The notes beneath the pieces were generated by a model. It searched no databases, was not told the origin of the DNA, and worked only from the letters and a program-made list of their open reading frames with translations. Below are positions 37,327 through 45,514 of a stretch of 64,000 nt of DNA, piece after piece. Location of the stretch: the sequence record OQ420740.1. One strand, 5' to 3'. Every line of letters starts with the position of its first letter. The stretch's first letter is position 1. Made by a program: the position numbers and the translations under genes. This stretch comes from Escherichia phage B9-1.

Positions 37327-37517
37327 AAGTAAAGTATCTGGCTGAAGGTATGAGTAGGTATTTTACCCTTGGGGAAGAGTATTGGCCCTTCACGGAAAAT
37401 GGAGATGTATACGTGAAGGATGACCAAGGTGTGCCGTGGTTTCTGCACCATAATGGGTTGGGATATTCCATCTACTGCGGTGCGGTGAACAACACAACCC
37501 TTGCAGAGTTTGTATAG
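37323..37517 (+). CDS. small protein, tandem family member
   Basis: 64 aa; GEEYW...DDQGVPWFL; ATGA coupling. Confidence 0.45.
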   Translation: MKVKYLAEGMSRYFTLGEEYWPFTENGDVYVKDDQGVPWFLHHNGLGYSIYCGAVNNTTLAEFV

Positions 37518-37527
37518 AGGAGGTAGA

Positions 37528-37899
37528 ATGTTAGTAAAAGGTACCCACACAGTCAAGCAACGTATTGAAGTTGAGATTGATGACTGCGAGCTGAAGCATA
37601 TTTTACAGTCATGCTCCAACGTTTTGCTCCTCAGTATTCTCCAGGAGCGAGCGGAGAACGAGTTCTTAAATGCACTGGCAGGCCGCCCCGGTGACTTCTG
37701 TGTGCGTAAGCGTGGTGACAACAAGTCATGGTTGTGGGAAATCGATGCCGACTGGGATTACCACAAAAATGAGGGTATAGATGAGCCTATTCGTGAATTG
37801 ACAGACAAAGAGATTCAGATGTACAATGAAGTTTGTCATTGGGCAAAACGCCAACAAATTTACCTCGACCCTGTGTGGCTGATTGAAAATAGCCATTGA
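37528..37899 (+). CDS. hypothetical protein
   Basis: ATG 37528 with SD AGGAGG (track start TTG 37501 overlaps the upstream gene). Confidence 0.5.
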   Translation: MLVKGTHTVKQRIEVEIDDCELKHILQSCSNVLLLSILQERAENEFLNALAGRPGDFCVRKRGDNKSWLWEIDADWDYHKNEGIDEPIRELTDKEIQMYNEVCHWAKRQQIYLDPVWLIENSH

Positions 37900-37924
37900 C
37901 AAGAAGTAAGATTAGATATAAGAT
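37896..37924 (+). promoter_or_regulatory. sigma70-like promoter
   Basis: TTGACA followed 15-17 bp later by TATAAG/TAAGAT, about 50 nt upstream of ATG 37975. Confidence 0.45.
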
Positions 37925-37974
37925 GCTTCACACAAACAGAGCGTTGATTTCAAATAATTAAGGAGACCTCCAAG

Positions 37975-38229
37975 ATGAAAATCACTTTGAAGCCAGAATG
38001 CGTTGCAAATGACCGAGCTTTTAAAGATTGCACAGTCGGTGCAATTTATGAAGCAGAGTTTTGTGAGAATCCCCTGGTAAAAGCCCTTCTGGAAGAAGGG
38101 ACCTATTTATCACAAGAAGAGCTAGATGAGTTGGAAAACTCAGCCCAGTGTCTTACCTTTAAAGATGATGAAGGAGATTCTGTCTGGTGCACTGTTAACG
38201 AAGTAGTTTTTGTAAAACCTGAGCATTAA
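37975..38229 (+). CDS. small acidic protein (paralog pair with 38293..38553)
   Basis: 84 aa; KPECVANDRAFKDCT ... DDEGDSVWCT parallels KPDYLEKDSAFRDCT ... DDNGDCVFCT in the next gene. Confidence 0.5.
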   Translation: MKITLKPECVANDRAFKDCTVGAIYEAEFCENPLVKALLEEGTYLSQEELDELENSAQCLTFKDDEGDSVWCTVNEVVFVKPEH

Positions 38230-38232
38230 TAC

Positions 38233-38261
38233 TTGACAATAGCGATAGGGCCTAATATAAT
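38233..38261 (+). promoter_or_regulatory. consensus sigma70 promoter (TTGACA-17-TATAAT)
   Basis: Exact TTGACA at 38233-38238, 17-bp spacer, exact TATAAT at 38256-38261, upstream of ATG 38293. Confidence 0.6.
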
Positions 38262-38292
38262 GGCCCTATCAAAACGAAAGGGTACCACAGCA

Positions 38293-38553
38293 ATGACCAA
38301 ACAATATCAACGAATTAAAGCCAAGGTTAAGCCAGACTATCTGGAGAAGGACTCTGCTTTTCGGGACTGCACGGCAGATAAAGTTTACACAGGTTCCGTT
38401 CTGTTAAACGACGAATTTGAAGTGGATGTTCTTGGTAAAGAGGCCGTTATCGAAGATGACAACGGGGACTGTGTTTTCTGCACCACCCGTGAGCTGGAAG
38501 TCTTAGAATACTTCGGTGAAATCTTCAACTCATTAGATGACGAGGAAGCGTGA
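38293..38553 (+). CDS. small acidic protein (paralog of 37975..38229)
   Basis: ATG 38293 chosen because the track start (TTG 38233) is the -35 hexamer of a consensus promoter. Confidence 0.45.
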   Translation: MTKQYQRIKAKVKPDYLEKDSAFRDCTADKVYTGSVLLNDEFEVDVLGKEAVIEDDNGDCVFCTTRELEVLEYFGEIFNSLDDEEA

Positions 38554-38954
38554 TGAAAAACATTTGGGATATTAATATCTTTGAAGCCTCGGAGCTTGAC
38601 GGTGCCGATGGGGTTATTATAGTTTCTGATGGGAAGGCAACATTGACCTCTGGACTGACCTATGAGGACACTACCTACGCATTGGGCGATCTTGCCTTGT
38701 TGAAATCCACAGGTGACTCTCTGGAAGAACGTCTGCAAGGATTTGCCTTTAAAGAAGGCACAAGCACCACACTAATGTGCACTACACGCACTGTTCAGTT
38801 GGGCAACGGGGTCTATATGGTCATTGCAGTGTGCCCCAAATTCAGCAACATCAATAAAGATGATGCTGACGCTGTCAACGACGTGGTTGTCCTCTTCGTT
38901 GGTGACGCTATGGCAGATCTGATGAATGCAGGAGAAGCAGCAAATGAAGACTGA
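38553..38954 (+). CDS. hypothetical protein
   Basis: ATG 38553 with SD GAGGAAG, overlapping the upstream stop. Confidence 0.5.
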   Translation: MKNIWDINIFEASELDGADGVIIVSDGKATLTSGLTYEDTTYALGDLALLKSTGDSLEERLQGFAFKEGTSTTLMCTTRTVQLGNGVYMVIAVCPKFSNINKDDADAVNDVVVLFVGDAMADLMNAGEAANED

Positions 38955-39246
38955 AAACATCAACCCAACAGGATTCTTGAAAGTATACCGTGAACTGCTG
39001 TATACTACAGAAGATAGTGTTCTAGAGTATCCAGAATATCTTTTGCTGTATAAGTATCTACAGGAAGCTGGTGAAAATCTACCAGTTAGTGCAGAAGGCG
39101 GTCCGAACTGGATATACAGCGCATGGAGAAAGGTTGACATTCTCCCAGATCCAGGAAAAGATATGGTAGTTTGGCAGCTTATCAACAACATCGGGATTCC
39201 AATCTTTGATGAGGCTGTTAAAATCTATTTTGAACTTGACGATTAA
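38944..39246 (+). CDS. hypothetical protein
   Basis: ATG 38944 with SD AGGAGA 8 nt upstream (track start 38926 lacks an SD). Confidence 0.45.
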   Translation: MKTENINPTGFLKVYRELLYTTEDSVLEYPEYLLLYKYLQEAGENLPVSAEGGPNWIYSAWRKVDILPDPGKDMVVWQLINNIGIPIFDEAVKIYFELDD

Positions 39247-39263
39247 TATCAGGAGACCTTAAG

Positions 39264-39509
39264 ATGGCTGAAGTAGTTGCTCGCGCAGGACAGAAAGTAC
39301 GTTGTGTTGAAGTTGGTTTCGGCGGCAAAGGTTGCCAGAACCTGACACAAGGTAAGGAATACGCTGTTATTTCTGGTGGTGGCGATAAGAGCATTGTGTT
39401 CGATGACCATATTCTGGATGCTGAAAACTTTGAAATAATTGACGATGATGGTGATCCAATCACCTGCCTGCTGAACGGGAGTTGGGGTACTTTCGAAGTA
39501 ATTGGCTAA
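39264..39509 (+). CDS. hypothetical small protein
   Basis: 81 aa, SD AGGAGA. Confidence 0.5.
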   Translation: MAEVVARAGQKVRCVEVGFGGKGCQNLTQGKEYAVISGGGDKSIVFDDHILDAENFEIIDDDGDPITCLLNGSWGTFEVIG

Positions 39510-39546
39510 CAAATACCTGTTGTAATTTACAGAAGGAGATGCTAAA

Positions 39547-39957
39547 ATGGTGTCTCCTTTATGTTGTTCAAATAAAATCGGAGATTCCACAATGGAACAA
39601 ATGAACGATCAAACGTCGGTTGCGATGAACGGGCAAGAACAACCTCAAGAATTTTTCTTAGGGTTAAGCAAAGATCAAGTGTCTCTTCTACTAGTGCTTT
39701 CTTCTTTCATGGGAAGACTTCAGGAGCTTACACAACAGCCAGAGGCTGAACAATTATTCCAGGCTCTGCGTGAAGAAGAAAAATATCGCCGTTTGGACTA
39801 TGCCTTAGGTTGGGTAGCTCAACAACGAGATATGCTGATGGCCCTCTCTGGGACCACGAGTTTTGCAATGGGCCTGTTGGCTCAAGTTCAGGACAAATTA
39901 ATTCAAGCAGGGTTTGCACACACGGCAAACACTAACGAAGAACAAGGAGATAAATAA
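39547..39957 (+). CDS. hypothetical protein
   Basis: 136 aa, SD AAGGAGA. Confidence 0.5.
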   Translation: MVSPLCCSNKIGDSTMEQMNDQTSVAMNGQEQPQEFFLGLSKDQVSLLLVLSSFMGRLQELTQQPEAEQLFQALREEEKYRRLDYALGWVAQQRDMLMALSGTTSFAMGLLAQVQDKLIQAGFAHTANTNEEQGDK

Positions 39958-41183
39958 TGAGCGTTATTCAACAATTCGCTAACCCGATGAATCCGCGTGA
40001 AACTGTTTTACTGGCTCACGGCATGATTAAACGTGTCAGCATCAAGCCTATCAAAGGTGCTGATCCTACAACAGGTATTAAAACCACTGTGTGGCAAGGT
40101 AAGAAAATTGAATCCAGCCACACCATCTCTTTACTGATTTCTGAACTGGACTCCTCTGATAACCTGCTCCAAGGTGGTGAAGAAGTTTGGATCAGCATGG
40201 GTGATAAGCTGCTTAAGCCTGGTCATCAAGACTCCGTCTCTGTTAAAATTGATGACAAGTGGGAAACAGTAACGCCAGGATGGATCGTAAATATCCCTTT
40301 AAAGGCAAATGAGCATAACGGTAAGACCTACTACAAAGGCTCACTGGCTAAAATGGTTAAGTTGGGGGCAGGAGAGGCTCCAGCAGCTCCACAGCAACAA
40401 AAACAGCAACAAGGCACACAATCACAAGGTCAGAAGCAGAAACCTCAGCAGAATGCCAATCAGGACGTTTTACGCATCTATGGTGATGTGACTCAGATTG
40501 TTGGTAACGTGGTTACTGTCAATGACCACAAGATTGGCGAAGGTGCTATGGTTGTCTCTGATGAGCAGCTTAAAGACCTAGTGGTAGGTGGTCGTGTTGC
40601 GGCTATTGTTGACAAAGACACCGGGAATATTATCAGCGGTTTTAAAGCCTACCCGCCCAAGGCAGAGAACGGAACTCAAGGCTCTGGTGGTAAGCGTAAA
40701 TCTTCTTATGATCCTATCGGTGTAGAAACAGGACATAGCATCAATGCGTTGCAAATCATCCTGGATCGCGGGTTTAAGGTAGACAATCCTTTAGACGTGG
40801 CTAAAACACTACACGTTGTCACCATTGAGCTTAAGAAAGAGTACGCTCAAGCTACCAACCGAACTGAAGATGAAGTAGGTGCCAGTGTTGGTAATGCGGT
40901 ATTGAACGCTTGTCGCCGTATTGACAAGAAAACGAAAGTTGACGATTTTGCAGTAGCAATTACTGCAGAGGCAAAAGATGTCTTGACTAATCTTGCTGAA
41001 CCGTTGTATGATTGGATCAAGAACGGTGCGGGAGCCACTGACCATCAAGAACCTCAAGCTGCCAAACAGGAAGCTGCTCCACAGCAAAACACTGTAGACG
41101 CTCCTCCTGTAGATAATGATGAAGATGACCCTATGGATCAGAATCCGGCACAGTACGCCTTTGATGATGACATTCCTTTTTAA
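39957..41183 (+). CDS. putative ssDNA-binding protein with host SSB-like C-terminal tip
   Basis: 408 aa; two Gln/Pro-rich low-complexity linkers and a C-terminus ...QYAFDDDIPF whose last six residues equal the E. coli SSB tip DDDIPF; N-terminal fold not recognised by eye. Confidence 0.45.
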   Translation: MSVIQQFANPMNPRETVLLAHGMIKRVSIKPIKGADPTTGIKTTVWQGKKIESSHTISLLISELDSSDNLLQGGEEVWISMGDKLLKPGHQDSVSVKIDDKWETVTPGWIVNIPLKANEHNGKTYYKGSLAKMVKLGAGEAPAAPQQQKQQQGTQSQGQKQKPQQNANQDVLRIYGDVTQIVGNVVTVNDHKIGEGAMVVSDEQLKDLVVGGRVAAIVDKDTGNIISGFKAYPPKAENGTQGSGGKRKSSYDPIGVETGHSINALQIILDRGFKVDNPLDVAKTLHVVTIELKKEYAQATNRTEDEVGASVGNAVLNACRRIDKKTKVDDFAVAITAEAKDVLTNLAEPLYDWIKNGAGATDHQEPQAAKQEAAPQQNTVDAPPVDNDEDDPMDQNPAQYAFDDDIPF

Positions 41184-41198
41184 CATCTAGTTAACATG

Positions 41199-41228
41199 GC
41201 CCTGCCCGAAAGGGTGGGGCATTTTTGT
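41199..41228 (+). terminator. rho-independent terminator (copy 2 of duplicated hairpin)
   Basis: GCCCTGCCCGAAAGGGTGGGGC then ATTTTTG, identical to the hairpin at 31053. Confidence 0.65.
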
Positions 41229-41245
41229 ATATAGAGGACTGAAAA

Positions 41246-41662
41246 ATGACATTAGAAGATATCATTGTTAAACCTGAGAACTATGACCAATACAATCTAT
41301 CAACTCAATCTGTGGATCTTGGATGCGCCACTGTCAGTGCGTGGCTGGTTAACGGAAAAGAGCTGGATAAATGCTTAGAAGCTCACATGACTGTGAACAA
41401 GTTCCTTGATGAAAATACTCACTGGCTGGAAGGTGCAGGTGTATACGCTTCGTGGCTAGAGAGTATGGGATTTGACTACCAATCTGAAGAGGGGTGGTGG
41501 AGCTATCTGGCTATCTGTCCAGAGACGTTGCAATGCTTCATGAAATATTCTGAAGATTTGGAGTACCGGGCGGTGGTTGACAGTGCTATTGCCCGTTATA
41601 GCCGCAAACCTTTTTCCCATGACATTAAAACTGTGGAAGAATTTGTTGAAGTTTTCTGTTGA
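41246..41662 (+). CDS. hypothetical protein
   Basis: 138 aa, SD AGAGGA. Confidence 0.5.
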   Translation: MTLEDIIVKPENYDQYNLSTQSVDLGCATVSAWLVNGKELDKCLEAHMTVNKFLDENTHWLEGAGVYASWLESMGFDYQSEEGWWSYLAICPETLQCFMKYSEDLEYRAVVDSAIARYSRKPFSHDIKTVEEFVEVFC

Positions 41663-41690
41663 CACGGGTTGTAAGGTGTGCAATTATAAC
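41659..41690 (+). promoter_or_regulatory. sigma70-like promoter
   Basis: TTGACA, 17-bp spacer, AATTAT/TATAAC, overlapping the end of 41246..41662, ~70 nt upstream of ATG 41759. Confidence 0.45.
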
Positions 41691-41758
41691 CTTGTTGAGC
41701 TGGAGGATGTGATGAACGAAGAAAACTGGGATGTGTAACTAACAGGAGGCCACTGCCC

Positions 41759-41956
41759 ATGATTTATCGAATCCGTGTGAGAGAAGATGCACCAGGTTGT
41801 TACTTTGACTGGCGTGGGTGGTGGTTTCTCCACCCAATGGATGGACTCACAGATAGAATGCTAGATGCTGCCCTTTACACAGATACTGACATAGAGTATA
41901 ATCTTTACTTGAAGGATGGTATCGATAACGGCCTGTTTGAAGCAATTCCTGCGTAA
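41759..41956 (+). CDS. hypothetical small protein
   Basis: 65 aa, SD AGGAGG. Confidence 0.5.
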   Translation: MIYRIRVREDAPGCYFDWRGWWFLHPMDGLTDRMLDAALYTDTDIEYNLYLKDGIDNGLFEAIPA

Positions 41957-42021
41957 GAGAATGTGATCGCCATGTTTTATGATCTTCCTGTAGCACCACC
42001 TATTGATCCTGGAGAACTACG

Positions 42022-42447
42022 ATGATTTATGAAATGCCAAAACTGATTCGTGACGATGCACGAAACGCCCACACCTTTATTATGGGCAAGCGCATGGATA
42101 TTATTTGTCACAAAGACTTCTGGGAAGGGAGCTACTTCACAGAATATTTTGGAAAAATGGATGATGGCCTACTGATCCAGTTTTACACCGATGCGGAAAA
42201 CAACATTAGTTGGGAGTTCGAGACCGAAGATGTCCATAAACTTTTCACCTTCCTCGACATTAAGGTTAAGGCCAAGTTTGAAGAAGGTGAGTGCGACGAT
42301 TGTGGATTTTATGAGGTAACGGATTTCTATCTTCCGAGCGGTAAAAACCTTTACTATGAAAGCCACTTCGGTAACTCCAATATGCCACAGTGCTGGACTG
42401 AGTTTTTTGAAATTGTGGAAGAGGAGCTGGAATATCGTGATTATTGA
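42022..42447 (+). CDS. hypothetical protein
   Basis: 141 aa, SD GGAGA. Confidence 0.5.
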   Translation: MIYEMPKLIRDDARNAHTFIMGKRMDIICHKDFWEGSYFTEYFGKMDDGLLIQFYTDAENNISWEFETEDVHKLFTFLDIKVKAKFEEGECDDCGFYEVTDFYLPSGKNLYYESHFGNSNMPQCWTEFFEIVEEELEYRDY

Positions 42448-42895
42448 TACTGTAGAGGGAGATTTAATCTCCCTTTTTAAGAGCGGTGCTGGTCACCTGA
42501 TCCACGGTTGTAACTGCTTCCACACAATGGGGAAGGGTGTAGCAAAGCAGATTGCTCGTGAATTCCCTCAAGCATTGGAAGCTGATAAAATGACTATGCA
42601 CGGTTGCCTAAGTAAACTGGGCGCGTTCTCCCGCTGGGAGCACTTATCTCCGAGAGGTATTGTCTACGGAATAAATCTGTATACTCAGTTCTACCCAGGG
42701 CCTAATGCTGAATATTTCTCAATACTGAAAGGATTTGAGCGAGTCAATGAAGTATTTGAGGGGTCGATTTTACCATTCTACATCCCTAAGATCGGGTGCG
42801 GCATAGGCGGTTTGAAGTGGGAACATGTAGAGGACATTATTAACCTTGCCACTTTTGATATAGATATTATCGTGGTGGAGTACAAAGAGTGTTGA
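42437..42895 (+). CDS. macro-domain protein (ADP-ribose binding/processing)
   Basis: GTG 42437 with SD GAGGAG (track ORF starts further upstream inside the preceding gene); GDLISLFKSGAGHLIHGCNCFHTMGKGVAKQIA aligns with the macrodomain pattern GDIT...VNAAN..L.GGGGV.GAI; second glycine motif IGCGIGG. Confidence 0.55.
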   Translation: MIIDTVEGDLISLFKSGAGHLIHGCNCFHTMGKGVAKQIAREFPQALEADKMTMHGCLSKLGAFSRWEHLSPRGIVYGINLYTQFYPGPNAEYFSILKGFERVNEVFEGSILPFYIPKIGCGIGGLKWEHVEDIINLATFDIDIIVVEYKEC

Positions 42896-42920
42896 CAGCT
42901 ATATTTTAAGGTGGTATAGT
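42892..42920 (+). promoter_or_regulatory. sigma70-like promoter
   Basis: TTGACA, 17-bp spacer, TATAGT, ~30 nt upstream of ATG 42950. Confidence 0.5.
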
Positions 42921-42949
42921 CACCACAACGATTAAGACAGGGGAGCACT

Positions 42950-43144
42950 ATGGAGACTAAAATCTTAATTCTAGCTGTGGTAGATACAACAGAAGGAGCC
43001 ATGTTTGAATCTGCAGGAGGGTATTTCTACCTGCCCTACGGAAAAAGAACTTCCGAGCCGAGTAAAGATTCAATCATCAAAGTGTTCCCGTGTGCTTTCT
43101 GGCTGGAGATTCTGGTAGAAGATTGCAGAGGCTTGGGGAGATAA
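42950..43144 (+). CDS. hypothetical small protein
   Basis: 64 aa ORF with SD GGGGAG. Confidence 0.4.
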   Translation: METKILILAVVDTTEGAMFESAGGYFYLPYGKRTSEPSKDSIIKVFPCAFWLEILVEDCRGLGR

Positions 43145-43146
43145 TT

Positions 43147-43341
43147 ATGAGAAACAAGAAAGAGCTTTACTCTGGCGAGTGGATAAACGATCAACAGGTA
43201 GGAGAGGTAACCTGCTTCCGTTGCTTTACTCGGTACAATCTTAAAACTGCACCAAAAAGTGTTCCAAAGACTGACGGTTATTACATAAAAGAACCTCATT
43301 GCCCGAAGTGTAAATGCCGAGTATACTGGAGTAACCTGTAA
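43147..43341 (+). CDS. small zinc-ribbon protein
   Basis: ATG 43147 with SD GGGGAGA; CFRC ... CPKC paired Cys motifs. Confidence 0.45.
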   Translation: MRNKKELYSGEWINDQQVGEVTCFRCFTRYNLKTAPKSVPKTDGYYIKEPHCPKCKCRVYWSNL

Positions 43342-43345
43342 AAGG

Positions 43346-43373
43346 TTGACATCTGAAAACTGCGGTATATAAT
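43346..43373 (+). promoter_or_regulatory. sigma70-like promoter
   Basis: TTGACA, 16-bp spacer, TATAAT, ~30 nt upstream of ATG 43405. Confidence 0.55.
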
Positions 43374-43404
43374 ATAAACATAAACTAGCAGAGAGGGATA
43401 AATT

Positions 43405-43596
43405 ATGGTAATTTTTAATCGAGACGGTATCATAGTTAGACAGCACCCATTCCTTGAATACTATCAGGTTGAGCAATGGTGTTACGGTGATTGCAGTCAT
43501 TCCTATGGGCAAAGTTGGGGATATCGCACAGTTTTTGAATCAACAGATCTTGATAAAGTAAAACAGAAAGTCTTAGAACTTCTTAACAACAAGTGA
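43405..43596 (+). CDS. hypothetical small protein
   Basis: 63 aa, SD AGAGGGA. Confidence 0.45.
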   Translation: MVIFNRDGIIVRQHPFLEYYQVEQWCYGDCSHSYGQSWGYRTVFESTDLDKVKQKVLELLNNK

Positions 43597-43606
43597 GTAT
43601 TATACT

Positions 43607-43939
43607 ATGGTAACATTAGAAAGACGTAAAGCTATCGCCGCCACACTGGCAGACATCTTTTGGGATTGCAATTTAAAAGATACCCGATATTGCGGCGCAT
43701 CTGTAGATGTATTATTCCCACGGCCCACCATTGTTGCAATGGGTAGCCTGCTGGGTGTAGTTGCAGGTGCATGGGATAAGGAAGGTGGTTTCTATATCTG
43801 GCAGCCTGACTACGGGACCTGGAAAGAAGTAAGGGGTGCTGATGACTTTGGGCCTGCAGTTGCTAAGATGGATGGCTGGGAAATTTATGTTGGAAACGAC
43901 ATGAAGCTGAAAGGTGAGATTGTTTACTGGTTACCTTAA
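43607..43939 (+). CDS. hypothetical protein
   Basis: 110 aa ORF; weak SD. Confidence 0.45.
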   Translation: MVTLERRKAIAATLADIFWDCNLKDTRYCGASVDVLFPRPTIVAMGSLLGVVAGAWDKEGGFYIWQPDYGTWKEVRGADDFGPAVAKMDGWEIYVGNDMKLKGEIVYWLP

Positions 43940-43959
43940 TAAAACGCAGGAGATAAAGT

Positions 43960-44205
43960 ATGAACAAAGGGTGGACATTTGTAGACGGCGTTAAAAACAT
44001 GCCTCTAGGAAAGTATATTGTAGCCATGGCAGATGAGAATGGCAAGGTGGATTTCGGAGTTTGCGAGATTGTTCTTGCAGGATCTGGTGACTATGCCCAC
44101 AAAACTGGGATAATTAACGGTCATTTCTACTTTGATTACAACCCTGTTGTGGCGTATATGGCTATGCCAGAGTTAGAGCTCCCAAAGGAGGGTGCAAATG
44201 TTTAA
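43960..44205 (+). CDS. hypothetical small protein
   Basis: 81 aa, SD AGGAGA. Confidence 0.5.
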   Translation: MNKGWTFVDGVKNMPLGKYIVAMADENGKVDFGVCEIVLAGSGDYAHKTGIINGHFYFDYNPVVAYMAMPELELPKEGANV

Positions 44206-44395
44206 GCTTAAATCTGCATGGAACATTGCTGTGGGTGATGAGATCCGCATCCCTGGTGGGAAGACCGTTATGAAGATATCTCGTATTGAATACGAAGGCG
44301 ACCGTGTATTCCACATCTTTGCAGAAGATGGTCGGGAAATTTATGTACAAGCGGGCTCTCACATCTATATCCGTAAGAAAGGGGATGACAAATGA
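44198..44395 (+). CDS. hypothetical small protein
   Basis: ATG 44198 with SD AAGGAGG 6 nt upstream (track start is GTG 44192). Confidence 0.45.
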   Translation: MFKLKSAWNIAVGDEIRIPGGKTVMKISRIEYEGDRVFHIFAEDGREIYVQAGSHIYIRKKGDDK

Positions 44396-44721
44396 CAGAG
44401 ATCATTATTTCAACTGCAGGGTATGTATTCCTGACAATCATTGCTCTGACCATTTTGGTGGCGGTATATGGATTTGTTATTCTACCTATTCTTGAGACAA
44501 TTAGTTTGTGTCGGTGTTGGAGAAAGGCTTACGGTCCACAGCCGTGGAGGGACTGGCCCCACCTGGTTCGCATAGCGTTCTCTTATGCTTATGATCACGC
44601 CAGCAGTGCATGCATAACCGGGTATCACGCTCACAATTGGAACTGGGAGGGGTTGGGTAGATGGAATGTTATAAAGACCATACCTCTACGTATGCACAAG
44701 CCTAAAAACAAAGACAGTTGA
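44392..44721 (+). CDS. hypothetical membrane protein
   Basis: 109 aa; ATGA coupling; N-terminal transmembrane segment IIISTAGYVFLTIIALTILVAVYGFVILPIL. Confidence 0.5.
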   Translation: MTEIIISTAGYVFLTIIALTILVAVYGFVILPILETISLCRCWRKAYGPQPWRDWPHLVRIAFSYAYDHASSACITGYHAHNWNWEGLGRWNVIKTIPLRMHKPKNKDS

Positions 44722-44724
44722 TAC

Positions 44725-44753
44725 TTGAAAATCCCTGGCACATCAAGTATAAG
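44725..44753 (+). promoter_or_regulatory. sigma70-like promoter
   Basis: TTGAAA, 17-bp spacer, TATAAG, immediately followed by SD AAGGAGG and a short ORF. Confidence 0.45.
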
Positions 44754-44766
44754 GAGGATTTCTAAA

Positions 44767-44874
44767 ATGGACTTCCTCCTTTTGATATTTTACCTGGCCG
44801 GATATTTTAAAATTCTTAGAAAATCAGAAAATGGATCGAAAACTAAAATGGATTTTTCAAGACAGGCGCGATAA
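44767..44874 (+). CDS. putative micro-protein (35 aa, hydrophobic N-terminus)
   Basis: ATG 8 nt after strong SD AAGGAGG; MDFLLLIFYLAGYFKIL...; below track cutoff. Confidence 0.3.
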   Translation: MDFLLLIFYLAGYFKILRKSENGSKTKMDFSRQAR

Positions 44875-45032
44875 GATGTGCTGCTCATTCTATCGTTCGC
44901 ACCGTACTTTAAGTTACTATTCCAGATTTTCCGCACATACTCTCACCCTTCTACCAGGACTTTCCCAGCTTACCTTTGACCCTTTATAACAATAAACCCA
45001 TTATTCTCAGTAGGTTTTGATACATCTCTCTC

Positions 45033-45198
45033 AGTACTCGATCTGTTTTTCGTTTCAAAGATTGAATTTTCTGAAAATTTTTCTCGATAAATTTCTTAGT
45101 ACTCGATCTGTTTTTCGTTTTCTGAATCAGATTTTCTGGAAATCGTTCCGGAGCTCGACCTGAAATTTTTGGGGACGAAATCGATTTTTCGTTTTCGG
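45033..45198. repeat. iteron-like direct repeats
   Basis: 23-bp AGTACTCGATCTGTTTTTCGTTT at ~45033-45055 and ~45098-45120, with degenerate copies GCTCGACCTGAAATTTTTGG (~45151) and AATCGATTTTTCGTTTTCGG (~45179). Confidence 0.55.
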
Positions 45199-45326
45199 AA
45201 ATGGATTTTTAAAATTTGTATATGGAAATACTTAAGGAGGTATTATTTTATATAGAATTGTCACGGTAGGTAATTAGCATGCTAACTAAATTTATGAAAT
45301 GCGAAAAGTTCTCATTTAGAATTTTG

Positions 45327-45380
45327 AATGATAATCATTCTCGTTTGCAGAATAACGGGCACCCCCGGTGATTGTCTCCC
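45327..45380. repeat. GC-rich conserved element, copy 1 (AATGATAAT...CCGGTGATTGTCTCCC)
   Basis: AT-rich arm AATGATAATCATTCTCGTTTGCAG then core CCGGTGATTGTCTCCC (45365-45380); repeated ~130 bp downstream and in inverse orientation at 54119. Confidence 0.5.
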
Positions 45381-45456
45381 GGCCCCTGTTGCCCCGGCTT
45401 GTTATTATAGTATCACACAGGACAAAGAAAGCAAGGATTTTTTGCATAAATTTTTA

Positions 45457-45514
45457 AATGATAATGATAACCGTTCTCATTTTATGCAGCGCCCATCCCC
45501 GGTGGTTGTCTCCC
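45457..45514. repeat. GC-rich conserved element, copy 2
   Basis: AATGATAATGATAACCGTTCTCATTTTATGCAG then core CCGGTGGTTGTCTCCC (45499-45514). Confidence 0.5.

Noticed and set aside
18865-44721. Integrase, repressor or other lysogeny genes
   Set aside because: No tyrosine/serine recombinase motifs or HTH repressor-type ORFs were recognised; the window looks like a virulent phage, though this cannot be excluded for sequence outside the window.
45033-45198. Possible CRISPR array, suggested by repeated ~23-bp units
   Set aside because: Only two exact copies plus degenerate ones, irregular spacing, no unique spacers of uniform length and no cas genes nearby; better explained as iterons.
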